Assembly: GCA_965202785.1 (NCBI GenBank)
Contig: OZ241855.1
Location: 512,001-576,000 of the forward strand
Length of the DNA: 64,000 nt
Source: Thermodesulfobacteriota bacterium
GTDB taxonomy: Bacteria > Desulfobacterota_D > UBA1144 > Nemesobacterales > Nemesobacteraceae
Direction: 5' to 3'
Every line of letters begins with the position of its first letter. The first letter of the stretch is position 1. Below the pieces are notes generated by a model, which was not told the origin of the DNA, made no database searches, and saw only the letters and a program-made list of their open reading frames with translations. Of this stretch, positions 22,616 to 31,052 are shown one piece after another. Position numbers and translations under genes: made by a program.

Positions 22616-24322
22616 ATGCCAAGAAAAAAACCTAAGGACCTAATGCATCCCGTCACCTACAAGCGCGAGAACGGGAAATTCGACGTCAACTGGTATCTCA
22701 AGGAAGACCGCTCGAACTGGGTGCTTCCCAAGGTGCTTCGCGAACAGGCGAAGAAACTGGGCAAAAAGCCCTTCCTTCAGTTCGGCTATAAAAAGCCCCT
22801 TAGTTTCTACCAGACGAACCGTCTCGCCAACCGCGTGGCAAACGCCCTTTGCGGCCTCGGGGTTGAGAAGACAAAGAAGGTCGCCGTCTACATGCCTAAC
22901 TCCGATGACTACGTAATAACCTGGTTTGGAATCCTCAAGATGGGAGCCGTGATGGTGCCCATAAACACGGCCTACAAGATGGATTTCCTTGAATACATAA
23001 TCGACAGCTCGGACGCCGAGGTGCTTTTTATAGCGGAAGAGTACCTGGACCGGATGCCCCCCATAGCGAAGAATCTCTCAAAGCTTCGCCACGTCATAGT
23101 CTGGACAAGGAGCGGGGACAGGAAGTTCAAAAAACACGGATACAATTTCCCAAAGATGATCTCCTACTCAGAATTCATAAGCTCGGGCTCGGGCAGGGAG
23201 CCGGACGTCGAGGTCACGTTCATGGACTACGCAAGGCTCATGTACACCTCTGGCACCACGGGCCGCTCAAAAGGGGTCATGAGACCTTGCGCCGCCGATT
23301 ACAGCAGCGCGAGGAACTACGCCGAGATAATGGATGTCGGTCCTGAGGACGTGTGCTTCACGTGCCTTCCGCTTTTCCATTCAAACGCCATGGTGATGAC
23401 CGTCTACCCGGCACTGATAAAAGGAGCGAAAACCGTAGTGGAGGAAAAATACAGCTCAAGCCGCTTCTGGAAATGGATGGTCGACCACGGGGTGACGAAG
23501 TTCAACACCGTGGGAACCATGTCGTATTTTCTCTGGAACACCCCTCCCGTGCCGGAGGAGGGACAGCATAAGATAAAGCTCGTTCTCGGCTCGCCCGCCC
23601 CCCACGACATGATAGAGGAGTTCATGGAGCGCTTCGGGATAAAGTTCATGGAAGGCTACGGCCTGACGGAAATAGGCCAGTGCACCTGGATGAGGCCTGG
23701 AGAGCCTTTCAGGGTGGGGTCCTGCGGAAAGGAAGCCCCAAACTACGAGATAAAGGTCGCCAACCCGGAGACGGACGAGGAGGTGCCGAGGGGGGACATA
23801 GGGGAAATCATAGTGCGCCCCAGGATACCGAACGTGATGCTTCACTACTATCACAAGATGCCCGAGAAGACCGTCGAGGATTTCAGAAATTTCTGGTTCC
23901 ACACGGGCGACGCGGGAAGAATGGACAAAGACGGCTACATATACTTTGTCGACAGGGTGAAGGACTACATAAGAAGAAGGGGCGAGAACATAAGCTCCTT
24001 CGAGGTAGAGAAAATCGTCAACTCCCACCCTGATGTCGAGGAATCGGCCGCGATAGGAATAAAGTCAGAAGCCGGGAAATACGCGGAAGACGAGCTTATG
24101 GTACTAGTGATTCCAAAGGAAGGAAAGGAGGTAGATCCCCCGGAACTAATGGATTACCTTCAGCCCAGAATGCCTTATTTCATGATCCCGAGATTCATAA
24201 GATTCGTAGATTCCTTCCCGAAGACCGGAACGCAGAGAACCCAGAAGAACAAGCTACGCGAACAGGGAGTGACTAAAGACACTTGGGACATGGTGGAAGC
24301 CGGCTACAAGCTGAAGAGGTAG
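22616..24322 (+). CDS. ATP-dependent acyl-CoA ligase (CaiC-like)
   Basis: MYTSGTTGRSKG, EGYGLTE, WFHTGD, DRVKDYIRRRGENISSFEVE, PKTGTQR. Confidence 0.88.
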   Translation: MPRKKPKDLMHPVTYKRENGKFDVNWYLKEDRSNWVLPKVLREQAKKLGKKPFLQFGYKKPLSFYQTNRLANRVANALCGLGVEKTKKVAVYMPNSDDYVITWFGILKMGAVMVPINTAYKMDFLEYIIDSSDAEVLFIAEEYLDRMPPIAKNLSKLRHVIVWTRSGDRKFKKHGYNFPKMISYSEFISSGSGREPDVEVTFMDYARLMYTSGTTGRSKGVMRPCAADYSSARNYAEIMDVGPEDVCFTCLPLFHSNAMVMTVYPALIKGAKTVVEEKYSSSRFWKWMVDHGVTKFNTVGTMSYFLWNTPPVPEEGQHKIKLVLGSPAPHDMIEEFMERFGIKFMEGYGLTEIGQCTWMRPGEPFRVGSCGKEAPNYEIKVANPETDEEVPRGDIGEIIVRPRIPNVMLHYYHKMPEKTVEDFRNFWFHTGDAGRMDKDGYIYFVDRVKDYIRRRGENISSFEVEKIVNSHPDVEESAAIGIKSEAGKYAEDELMVLVIPKEGKEVDPPELMDYLQPRMPYFMIPRFIRFVDSFPKTGTQRTQKNKLREQGVTKDTWDMVEAGYKLKR

Positions 24323-24430
24323 AAGGCTGTATCTTGAAAGGAAGTGTCCGGTTCCTTGCACTTTTTATTCCGTGATTGCAAGAAAACCATTCGTAGCCAT
24401 ATTATTTACAGACATCAACTAACCAAAAAA

Positions 24431-25621
24431 TTATGCGATAGATTTTTCAAAATTAGAGAATTCTGATTCGTAGGTTCGTGCTGCAGAGACTATCCTGCCA
24501 ACCGCATATTCCGCTTCTTCTTGTGTTGTATACCGTCCAATAGAAATTCGTATGGAACTTTCGGAATCGTTAGTGTTAAGACCTATAGCCCGCAGAACAT
24601 GAGAAGGTTCCAGAATTCCACTCGTACAAGCAGAACCTGTTGAAATAGCAACTTCAGGCTGTAAATTTCCTATCAGTGATTTAGCATCAATTCCAGGCAG
24701 AACAACATTGATGTTTCCCGGATGTCTTAGTTTAAAAGAACCATTCAGTTTGCAATTTGGAAGTCCTTTCTTCAATTTTTTCCACATAAAGTCTCTTAGA
24801 GATAAAATATGCTCTTCCTCAGTTTTTCTATTTTCCTTAAGCTCTTTGACGGCTGCCGCAAACCCCGCTACCAGATTAGTTGGTATGGTACCGGATCGAT
24901 ATCCTCCTTGTTGTCCACCTCCCTGAAATAATGCTACCGGTTCCACCTCAATAAATTGGCTTATATAAAGAGCTCCTATTCCCTTCGGCCCATACATTTT
25001 ATGGCTTGATAGGCTTAACAAATCTATCCCGTCTTCTAATACATCAATTCCTCTGTAAGTTGCTTGAGCAGCATCAACATGAAAAATTGCTCCTGCGTTA
25101 TGACACAGTTGCGATATTTCCCTGATCGGCTGATAACTTCCTATCTCATTATTGACCGCCATAACTGAAACAAGTAGCGTTTCCCTATCAATCACTTTTT
25201 GTATATGTTCAATATTCACTAAGCCGTCATTTTCTACTTCAGCTTTAACAACTGAATAACCAAAATTCTCTTCAAGAAATTTAGCGGCACCTAAAATACA
25301 CTTATGTTCAATTTGTGAGACAATTATTTTTTTTCTAGTCCCACTTGCATATCCCGATAGCCCTATTCCAATAACAGCTAAGTTGTTTGCTTCTGTGGCA
25401 CCGGAAGTAAAAACAATTTCATTTTCAAGTGCGCCTATAAAATCAGCTACCTCTCGTGCTGCATTCTCAACTATTTCGGCAGATCTCCAACCGAAAGCAT
25501 GTTCGGAAGAATGAGGATTAGCGAAACCGGTTTCTTCCGCACGCTTCATAGCTTCAAATGCCTTTTTACTAAGAGGAGTTGATGCCTGATAATCTAGATA
25601 TACGGTTAGTTTTTCAGCCAC
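24431..25621 (-). CDS. sspA: Cysteine desulfurase, SspA/DndA-type sulfur donor for DNA phosphorothioation
   Basis: YLDYQASTP, FTSGATEANN, FHVDAAQ, SSHKMYGPKGIG (PLP Lys), STGSACTS (catalytic Cys); divergent from sspBCD. Confidence 0.88.
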   Translation of the reverse strand: MAEKLTVYLDYQASTPLSKKAFEAMKRAEETGFANPHSSEHAFGWRSAEIVENAAREVADFIGALENEIVFTSGATEANNLAVIGIGLSGYASGTRKKIIVSQIEHKCILGAAKFLEENFGYSVVKAEVENDGLVNIEHIQKVIDRETLLVSVMAVNNEIGSYQPIREISQLCHNAGAIFHVDAAQATYRGIDVLEDGIDLLSLSSHKMYGPKGIGALYISQFIEVEPVALFQGGGQQGGYRSGTIPTNLVAGFAAAVKELKENRKTEEEHILSLRDFMWKKLKKGLPNCKLNGSFKLRHPGNINVVLPGIDAKSLIGNLQPEVAISTGSACTSGILEPSHVLRAIGLNTNDSESSIRISIGRYTTQEEAEYAVGRIVSAARTYESEFSNFEKSIA

Positions 25622-25670
25622 TTGACCCTCAATTTTTATTGGTACTCATTATTCTAGAGAATTTCTGATT

Positions 25671-25746
25671 CTGGACAACTTGTCCAGTAAGAAAATTTGA
25701 CCTGCTTAATTAAAAATGGCATCTTTCTGGATAAAACATCCAGAAA
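25671..25746. promoter_or_regulatory. Divergent promoter region with two CTGGA-N7-TCCAG palindromes flanking TTGACC-N17-CATCTT
   Basis: CTGGACAACTTGTCCAG (25671-25687) and TTTCTGGATAAAACATCCAGAAA (25724-25746); -35 at 25697-25702, -10 at 25720-25725. Confidence 0.55.
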
Positions 25747-25756
25747 ATACATTTTT

Positions 25757-26692
25757 ATGCCCTCCACACAAATAGAATTGTCAAATATCAAGCCGATTTT
25801 TTCCGGTCACGAAACGTTTCCATTAAGATATGGATGGCTGAAAAAGGTTTATGACTCAGTATCCCGTGATATAGAATCGGAAGAAAGTACGCGCGATATT
25901 TTTAACAGAGATGAAGCAATAGCTATATTCGGTGTTGGTAAAAACATGGTTGCCTCAATGCGTCATTGGGCAACATGGACTGGCATTCTCAATACTGAAG
26001 GCAAAACCTCGTCTTATGCTAATATGATCCTAGGTAATAACGGATTAGACCCTTGGTTAGAATCCCCTATAAGCCTTTGGATTTTACATTGGCAGCTTAC
26101 TAGTAAGCCTCGGCTCTTGACCTATTTCTGGTTCTTTAATTTATTTAATGGAACAACTTTTGACAAAGAACAAATACAGAAAGCACTGCTTTCGTTATGC
26201 GAAGATTGTTCCCTTAAGATTCCATCCGCAATGACTCTCAAGAGAGATGTTGATTGCTTTATCCGCACTTATGTAAGTAAACCAAGCAAAACAGGAAGAA
26301 TTTCAGAAGATTCATTGGAATCCCCCCTAGCCGAATTAAACCTAATAACACATGTTAACAGGCGAGATGTGTTTCAATCCCGTAGAGGCACAAAATCAAG
26401 TCTCACGGAAGGCGTATTCTTGTTGGTTCTGTGGGATTTCTGGAATCGCAATTGGCGAAACCAAACGACGTTGTCATTAGAAGCTTCGGTTTACGATCCT
26501 TACTCTCCCGGACGTATTTTTCTGATGGATGAAACTGCCATTCTTGAAAAGGCCTACAAGTTAGCGTCTTTAAATGTTGGCATTGAATGGTCAGAAAGCT
26601 CAGGTATGAGACAATTTCAAAGAAACGTTCCATTGAAAAAGATCAGAAAATCCGCAATGCGCTTAATTAAAGATGAATATGCGGTAATGTGA
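25757..26692 (+). CDS. sspB: DUF4007-family protein, SspB-type DNA nickase
   Basis: FSGHETFPLRYGWLKK, FGVGKNMVASMRHW, DPWLE...LWILHWQL, TLKRDVDCFIRTY, SPLAELNL. ATG 25757 is preferred over the ORF-track TTG 25697, which is the -35 box. Confidence 0.88.
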   Translation: MPSTQIELSNIKPIFSGHETFPLRYGWLKKVYDSVSRDIESEESTRDIFNRDEAIAIFGVGKNMVASMRHWATWTGILNTEGKTSSYANMILGNNGLDPWLESPISLWILHWQLTSKPRLLTYFWFFNLFNGTTFDKEQIQKALLSLCEDCSLKIPSAMTLKRDVDCFIRTYVSKPSKTGRISEDSLESPLAELNLITHVNRRDVFQSRRGTKSSLTEGVFLLVLWDFWNRNWRNQTTLSLEASVYDPYSPGRIFLMDETAILEKAYKLASLNVGIEWSESSGMRQFQRNVPLKKIRKSAMRLIKDEYAVM

Positions 26693-29600
26693 AGAAGATG
26701 TTGAATGATGTGGTAGAAATAAATGAGCATTTCAAAAGATCGGTCAATATAAAGAGCGATCTTTCGAATAAGGAACTACTTGAAGGCTACATCTGCCCTA
26801 AATCTTCTGAAGAAGCCCTAATGGGGCTTGTAAAACACATTAAAGGGACTGGGCAGTCTTCATTTACATGGACAGGGCCCTACGGTTCTGGCAAATCAAG
26901 CCTCGTTCTTTTGCTTTCTTCCATAATTTCCCGAGATAACTCATTACGAGAAATCGCATATTCCCATCTTTCTGAAGAAGCCCGTCAACATATTTGCGGC
27001 TTCTTTGAACAAAGAGATTGGGAAATTCTTCCAGTGATCGGCGAACCTGCCAGTCCACTAAAAACTATCGGCCATTCCATGGCTATGAATGGATTCTGCA
27101 AGACGCCTCCTGACGATAATCAAACGCTTATTTCAATCATCGAAAATACCGCAGATAAAAAAAACGGTGTTACCATTTTTATTGATGAAATGGGGAAATT
27201 TTTAGAGAGTTTCTCTAATGGTCAACCTGCCACTGATATCTATCTATTCCAACAGCTAGCGGAACTAGCAAATTCCAGTGACGGTAGAATTATCCTAATT
27301 GGTATACTTCACCAATCATTCAATGAATATGCGCGCAATCTTTCACGGATTACACGTGATGAATGGACAAAAATACAAGGCCGTTTTGTTGACTATCGTA
27401 TTAATACGGTCGGCGAAGAACAGCTTGAATTAATTTCTAAAGCTATTGTTTCCAAAAGAAAGCCAAAACGCCTTACTGTCGAATCGAAAGAGACTGCCGC
27501 CGTAATTAAAAAGAACCGTCCCATTAATGAAAAATCTTTTTCGCAAACTTTAAATGCATGTTGGCCTTTGCATCCAGTCGTCGCCACGTTGTTAGGTCCA
27601 ATTTCTAAGCGTCGCTTTGGCCAGAACCAACGTAGTATTTTTTCCTTTCTGAATTCAGCCGAACTTGGTGGATTCAAAGAATTTCTAAATTCTACAAAGA
27701 CTAAAAGAACTTCCTATTACTACCCAGATTATTATTGGAACTACATACAGATCAATCTGGAATCGTCAATTATTGCATCATCGGATGCTAAACTGTGGGC
27801 TCTAGCAAACGATTCCCTGGCTAGGTGCGAAGCATCTGGTGGGAGTGAAGAACATTTACGCTTGTTAAAAACTATAGCTGTTATTGATATTTTTAAAGGG
27901 CATTCCGGTCTTGCAGCTTCTCGGGAATTACTCAAAACATGTGGTTTCAAAAAGGACTTTCCCGCTTTACTTAAAGACCTAAAAAAATGGTCACTAGTGC
28001 GATTCAAAAAATACAATGGATTCTTTTCTATTTTTGAAGGGAGTGATTTTGATTTAGAAGCAGCTATTGATGAGGCCCTAAAGAATGTAGATTACTTCAG
28101 TTTTGCAAAACTAGCGGAAATAGCACCGTTTAAGCCTTTTGTTGCAAAAAGGCATTACCACACCACAGGTGCATTACGATGGATGAATGTTAACATTCTG
28201 CCAGTTGACGAAGTAGAGGACCTTCCAGCAAAAACAAGAGAAGTATCTGGAGTCTTTGGTGGTTTTTTCATTATCGTACCAACAAACATAGATGAATACG
28301 AACATATTTCTAAACAAATTAAAAGCCTCTCAAGTCACCTATCTAAGAACAAAAACTATGTGGTAGTGTGTGGTATCTCCAAAGAATACGAAACTATATT
28401 ATCTTACAGTAAAGAATTGCTTGCGCTGGAATGGATAGAGAAAAACCGCAATGAAATGCTGGACGGCGACTCGGTCGCCCGCAGGGAGGTAGAATCTAGA
28501 AAGACCTTGATAAAATCATTGCTGGAAGAATTGCTCTCGAAACAAATCAGCACTATTTCTTGGATTAAAAATGGAGAAAATAAGGGAGTTCTTTCCCATC
28601 GGGAAATCATAGGTCTTGTTTCCGATATTGCTGACCAAGTTTTTAAAAACACCCCCATTGTAAAAAGCGAGATGTTAAACCGTGATCGACCATCTAGCAA
28701 TGCGAATGCTGCTTTAAATGCATTGTTACGCAGCTTGATCCTCAATAATGGTGAAAAAAGGCTGGGTATTAATGGCTATCCACCAGAAGGTGGTCTTTTT
28801 AAGGCTTTACTGGAAGACTCTGGTCTGTACAAGAAAATTAATGGTACTTGGCTGTTACAAGAACCGGAAGCCGGGCATAGGTTTAGATTTAATCTACTAT
28901 GGCAGGAAACTGACAGAATTCTATCCAGCAACAAAAACTCTGTTCCTATAAAGAGCATCTACAGTGCATGGCAAACAGCTCCATATGGTCTAAAATCAGG
29001 GCTGTTACCATTTTTTGCGACAGTTTATTTAATGACACGACATAATAAGATAGCTCTTTACCTAAATGAAACATACAGGCCATCTTTCGATGATCTATCC
29101 CTCGATTACCTGATAAAAACGCCTCAAACTGTTTCCTTGCGCTGGGTTGATTATGACGAGTTGGATCTTGAAGTCCTAAGAGCGGTCAGAAAATCCATTA
29201 ATGCAATAGAACTAAACAACTTTTTAATTGATAAGAACGCCTCCGCATTCGATGTAGCACGGTCATTGGTTTCGCTAGTAGATAGCCTGAATCCTTGGGT
29301 ACATAGAACGCGGCGACTTTCAAGAGAAACCATCCGCTTCAGGGAAATAGTTAAGTCGGCGCATGATCCTAACAAACTTCTGTTTGATGATCTACCAAGT
29401 TTGCTAGATACTGATTCAGCAAAGATTCAAGATACTAACGAATTACAGAATGTGGCGGAAAAGATTACCAATTCTCTTGTCGAGTTGACGGAGGCGTACC
29501 CTTATCTCCTGAAGGAATTCGGATTGTTACTCTCAGAAGAATTACAGGTTGGTATGATAACATCGGAAAACATCAAACGTCTCAGAGAAAGGGCGCAATC

Positions 29601-30084
29601 TATTCGAGGAGCTACAGGTGATTTTCGTATTGATGCATTAGCGACTCGTCTTAGCTCTTTTGACGGAACACTAGATGATATAGCAGGTATAGCAAGCCTT
29701 GCTGCTAATAAGCCTATAAAAGACTGGATTGATCTGGATGTTGACCGTGCAAAACAGGAAATGGTTTCTCTCTGTTACGGTTTTAAAAAAGCTGAATTAC
29801 TAGTCCGTGTTCAAGGGAGAAAGACAAATAGACATTCTTTAGCACTGATAACGGCCCTGTCGGGTAACGAAGAAATTTACGATTTGGAATTTGATCTGCT
29901 TGATGACAAAAAAGAAACTATTTTCACACTGAAAGAACTAATCCAGCAGGAAATTCTTGCTAAACCCGTGGATGCAGAAATTGTAATTGCTGTCATTGTG
30001 GAACTAGCTGCCGAGTATATTAAGGAAATTAAAGAACGACCAAATAGACCACTAGCAAATAAAAAAATAGCTTCAAATGTCTGA
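26689..30084 (+). CDS. sspC: Large P-loop ATPase, SspC-type
   Basis: Walker A TGPYGSGKSS, Walker B IFIDEMGKFLE, EWTKIQGRF, WPLHP, QNQRSIFSFL; GTGA overlap with the sspB stop. Confidence 0.85.
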   Translation: MKKMLNDVVEINEHFKRSVNIKSDLSNKELLEGYICPKSSEEALMGLVKHIKGTGQSSFTWTGPYGSGKSSLVLLLSSIISRDNSLREIAYSHLSEEARQHICGFFEQRDWEILPVIGEPASPLKTIGHSMAMNGFCKTPPDDNQTLISIIENTADKKNGVTIFIDEMGKFLESFSNGQPATDIYLFQQLAELANSSDGRIILIGILHQSFNEYARNLSRITRDEWTKIQGRFVDYRINTVGEEQLELISKAIVSKRKPKRLTVESKETAAVIKKNRPINEKSFSQTLNACWPLHPVVATLLGPISKRRFGQNQRSIFSFLNSAELGGFKEFLNSTKTKRTSYYYPDYYWNYIQINLESSIIASSDAKLWALANDSLARCEASGGSEEHLRLLKTIAVIDIFKGHSGLAASRELLKTCGFKKDFPALLKDLKKWSLVRFKKYNGFFSIFEGSDFDLEAAIDEALKNVDYFSFAKLAEIAPFKPFVAKRHYHTTGALRWMNVNILPVDEVEDLPAKTREVSGVFGGFFIIVPTNIDEYEHISKQIKSLSSHLSKNKNYVVVCGISKEYETILSYSKELLALEWIEKNRNEMLDGDSVARREVESRKTLIKSLLEELLSKQISTISWIKNGENKGVLSHREIIGLVSDIADQVFKNTPIVKSEMLNRDRPSSNANAALNALLRSLILNNGEKRLGINGYPPEGGLFKALLEDSGLYKKINGTWLLQEPEAGHRFRFNLLWQETDRILSSNKNSVPIKSIYSAWQTAPYGLKSGLLPFFATVYLMTRHNKIALYLNETYRPSFDDLSLDYLIKTPQTVSLRWVDYDELDLEVLRAVRKSINAIELNNFLIDKNASAFDVARSLVSLVDSLNPWVHRTRRLSRETIRFREIVKSAHDPNKLLFDDLPSLLDTDSAKIQDTNELQNVAEKITNSLVELTEAYPYLLKEFGLLLSEELQVGMITSENIKRLRERAQSIRGATGDFRIDALATRLSSFDGTLDDIAGIASLAANKPIKDWIDLDVDRAKQEMVSLCYGFKKAELLVRVQGRKTNRHSLALITALSGNEEIYDLEFDLLDDKKETIFTLKELIQQEILAKPVDAEIVIAVIVELAAEYIKEIKERPNRPLANKKIASNV

Positions 30085-30910
30085 TAAAGAGAAACACGTT
30101 TTAGGACTCTCTGGAGGAAGGGACAGTGCTGCGCTCGCTGTTTATATGAGAGACAATTACCCAGAGTTGCCTATTGATTATTTTTTCACAGATACAGGAA
30201 AAGAGCTTCCTGAAGTATATGAATATCTAAGCCGTCTGGAAGGTTATCTTGGCAAACAAATTTTAAGAATAAACCCGGATAGAGATTTTGATTTCTGGCT
30301 CATGCAAAATAAAAACTTCCTGCCTTCGCCTAAGGCAAGATGGTGTACTATCCAAATGAAACTACGTCCATTTGAACAATGGATAAAACCATTGCTTGAG
30401 GATGGCTACAAAATCTACTCCTATGTTGCAATCCGGTCAGATGAAGAATATCGAGAGGGTTATCAATCTCGCCATAATAACCTAATTGTGCGGTTACCAT
30501 TAAAAGATGTTGGTATAGACAAATCTGGCGTCGTCGCTATTCTAGAACATTCGGGACTAGGCATGCCAAAATATTATGAGTGGCGTTCCCGCAGTGGCTG
30601 TACTTTTTGTTTTTTCCAGAGAAAAATTGAATGGGTAAATCTCATGGAAAAACACCCTGAAGCTTTCAAAGAAGCAAAAGCATATGAGAAAACTGCTGTA
30701 GAACAAGGTTCTCCATTTACTTGGTCAGAGCAAGAATCCCTTGAAGAATTATCTCGACCAGAAAGAGTAGCACAGATCAAAAAAGACTACGAGAAGCGCT
30801 TAGAACGTCTGAAAAAGCGACGGTTAAAAAACCCATTGCGGGAAAATGACCCGGTGGATTTTGACGAACTGTATGGCAAATCAAAAGTATGCCTAGCCTG
30901 CCATAAGTGA
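30077..30910 (+). CDS. sspD: PAPS-reductase-family ATP pyrophosphatase, SspD-type
   Basis: PP-loop SGGRDS, FTDTGKE, RWCT, SRSGCTFCFFQ, C-terminal CLACHK; overlaps the sspC stop. Confidence 0.88.
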   Translation: MSDKEKHVLGLSGGRDSAALAVYMRDNYPELPIDYFFTDTGKELPEVYEYLSRLEGYLGKQILRINPDRDFDFWLMQNKNFLPSPKARWCTIQMKLRPFEQWIKPLLEDGYKIYSYVAIRSDEEYREGYQSRHNNLIVRLPLKDVGIDKSGVVAILEHSGLGMPKYYEWRSRSGCTFCFFQRKIEWVNLMEKHPEAFKEAKAYEKTAVEQGSPFTWSEQESLEELSRPERVAQIKKDYEKRLERLKKRRLKNPLRENDPVDFDELYGKSKVCLACHK

Positions 30911-31052
30911 TTTCTTACGTTGAAAGCAGTAACCGCTGTAGTATTTCTACAAATACTATATAGCCCCCAATTGCATGTGATTCACTTATGCAATAATGGT
31001 ATCCCTGTTTTCTCTTAGGTAAGCGAGAAAACTTAAAAATTTGTTTAGATGT

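Noticed and set aside
25697-25756. ORF-track TTG start for sspB
   Set aside because: The TTG is part of the predicted -35 box and the extension spans the palindrome; ATG 25757 fits the family N-terminus.
30939-30994. Two short AT-rich inverted repeats between sspD and the GHKL gene
   Set aside because: Weak stems in AT-rich DNA; they could be terminators of convergent genes but cannot be told apart from chance.
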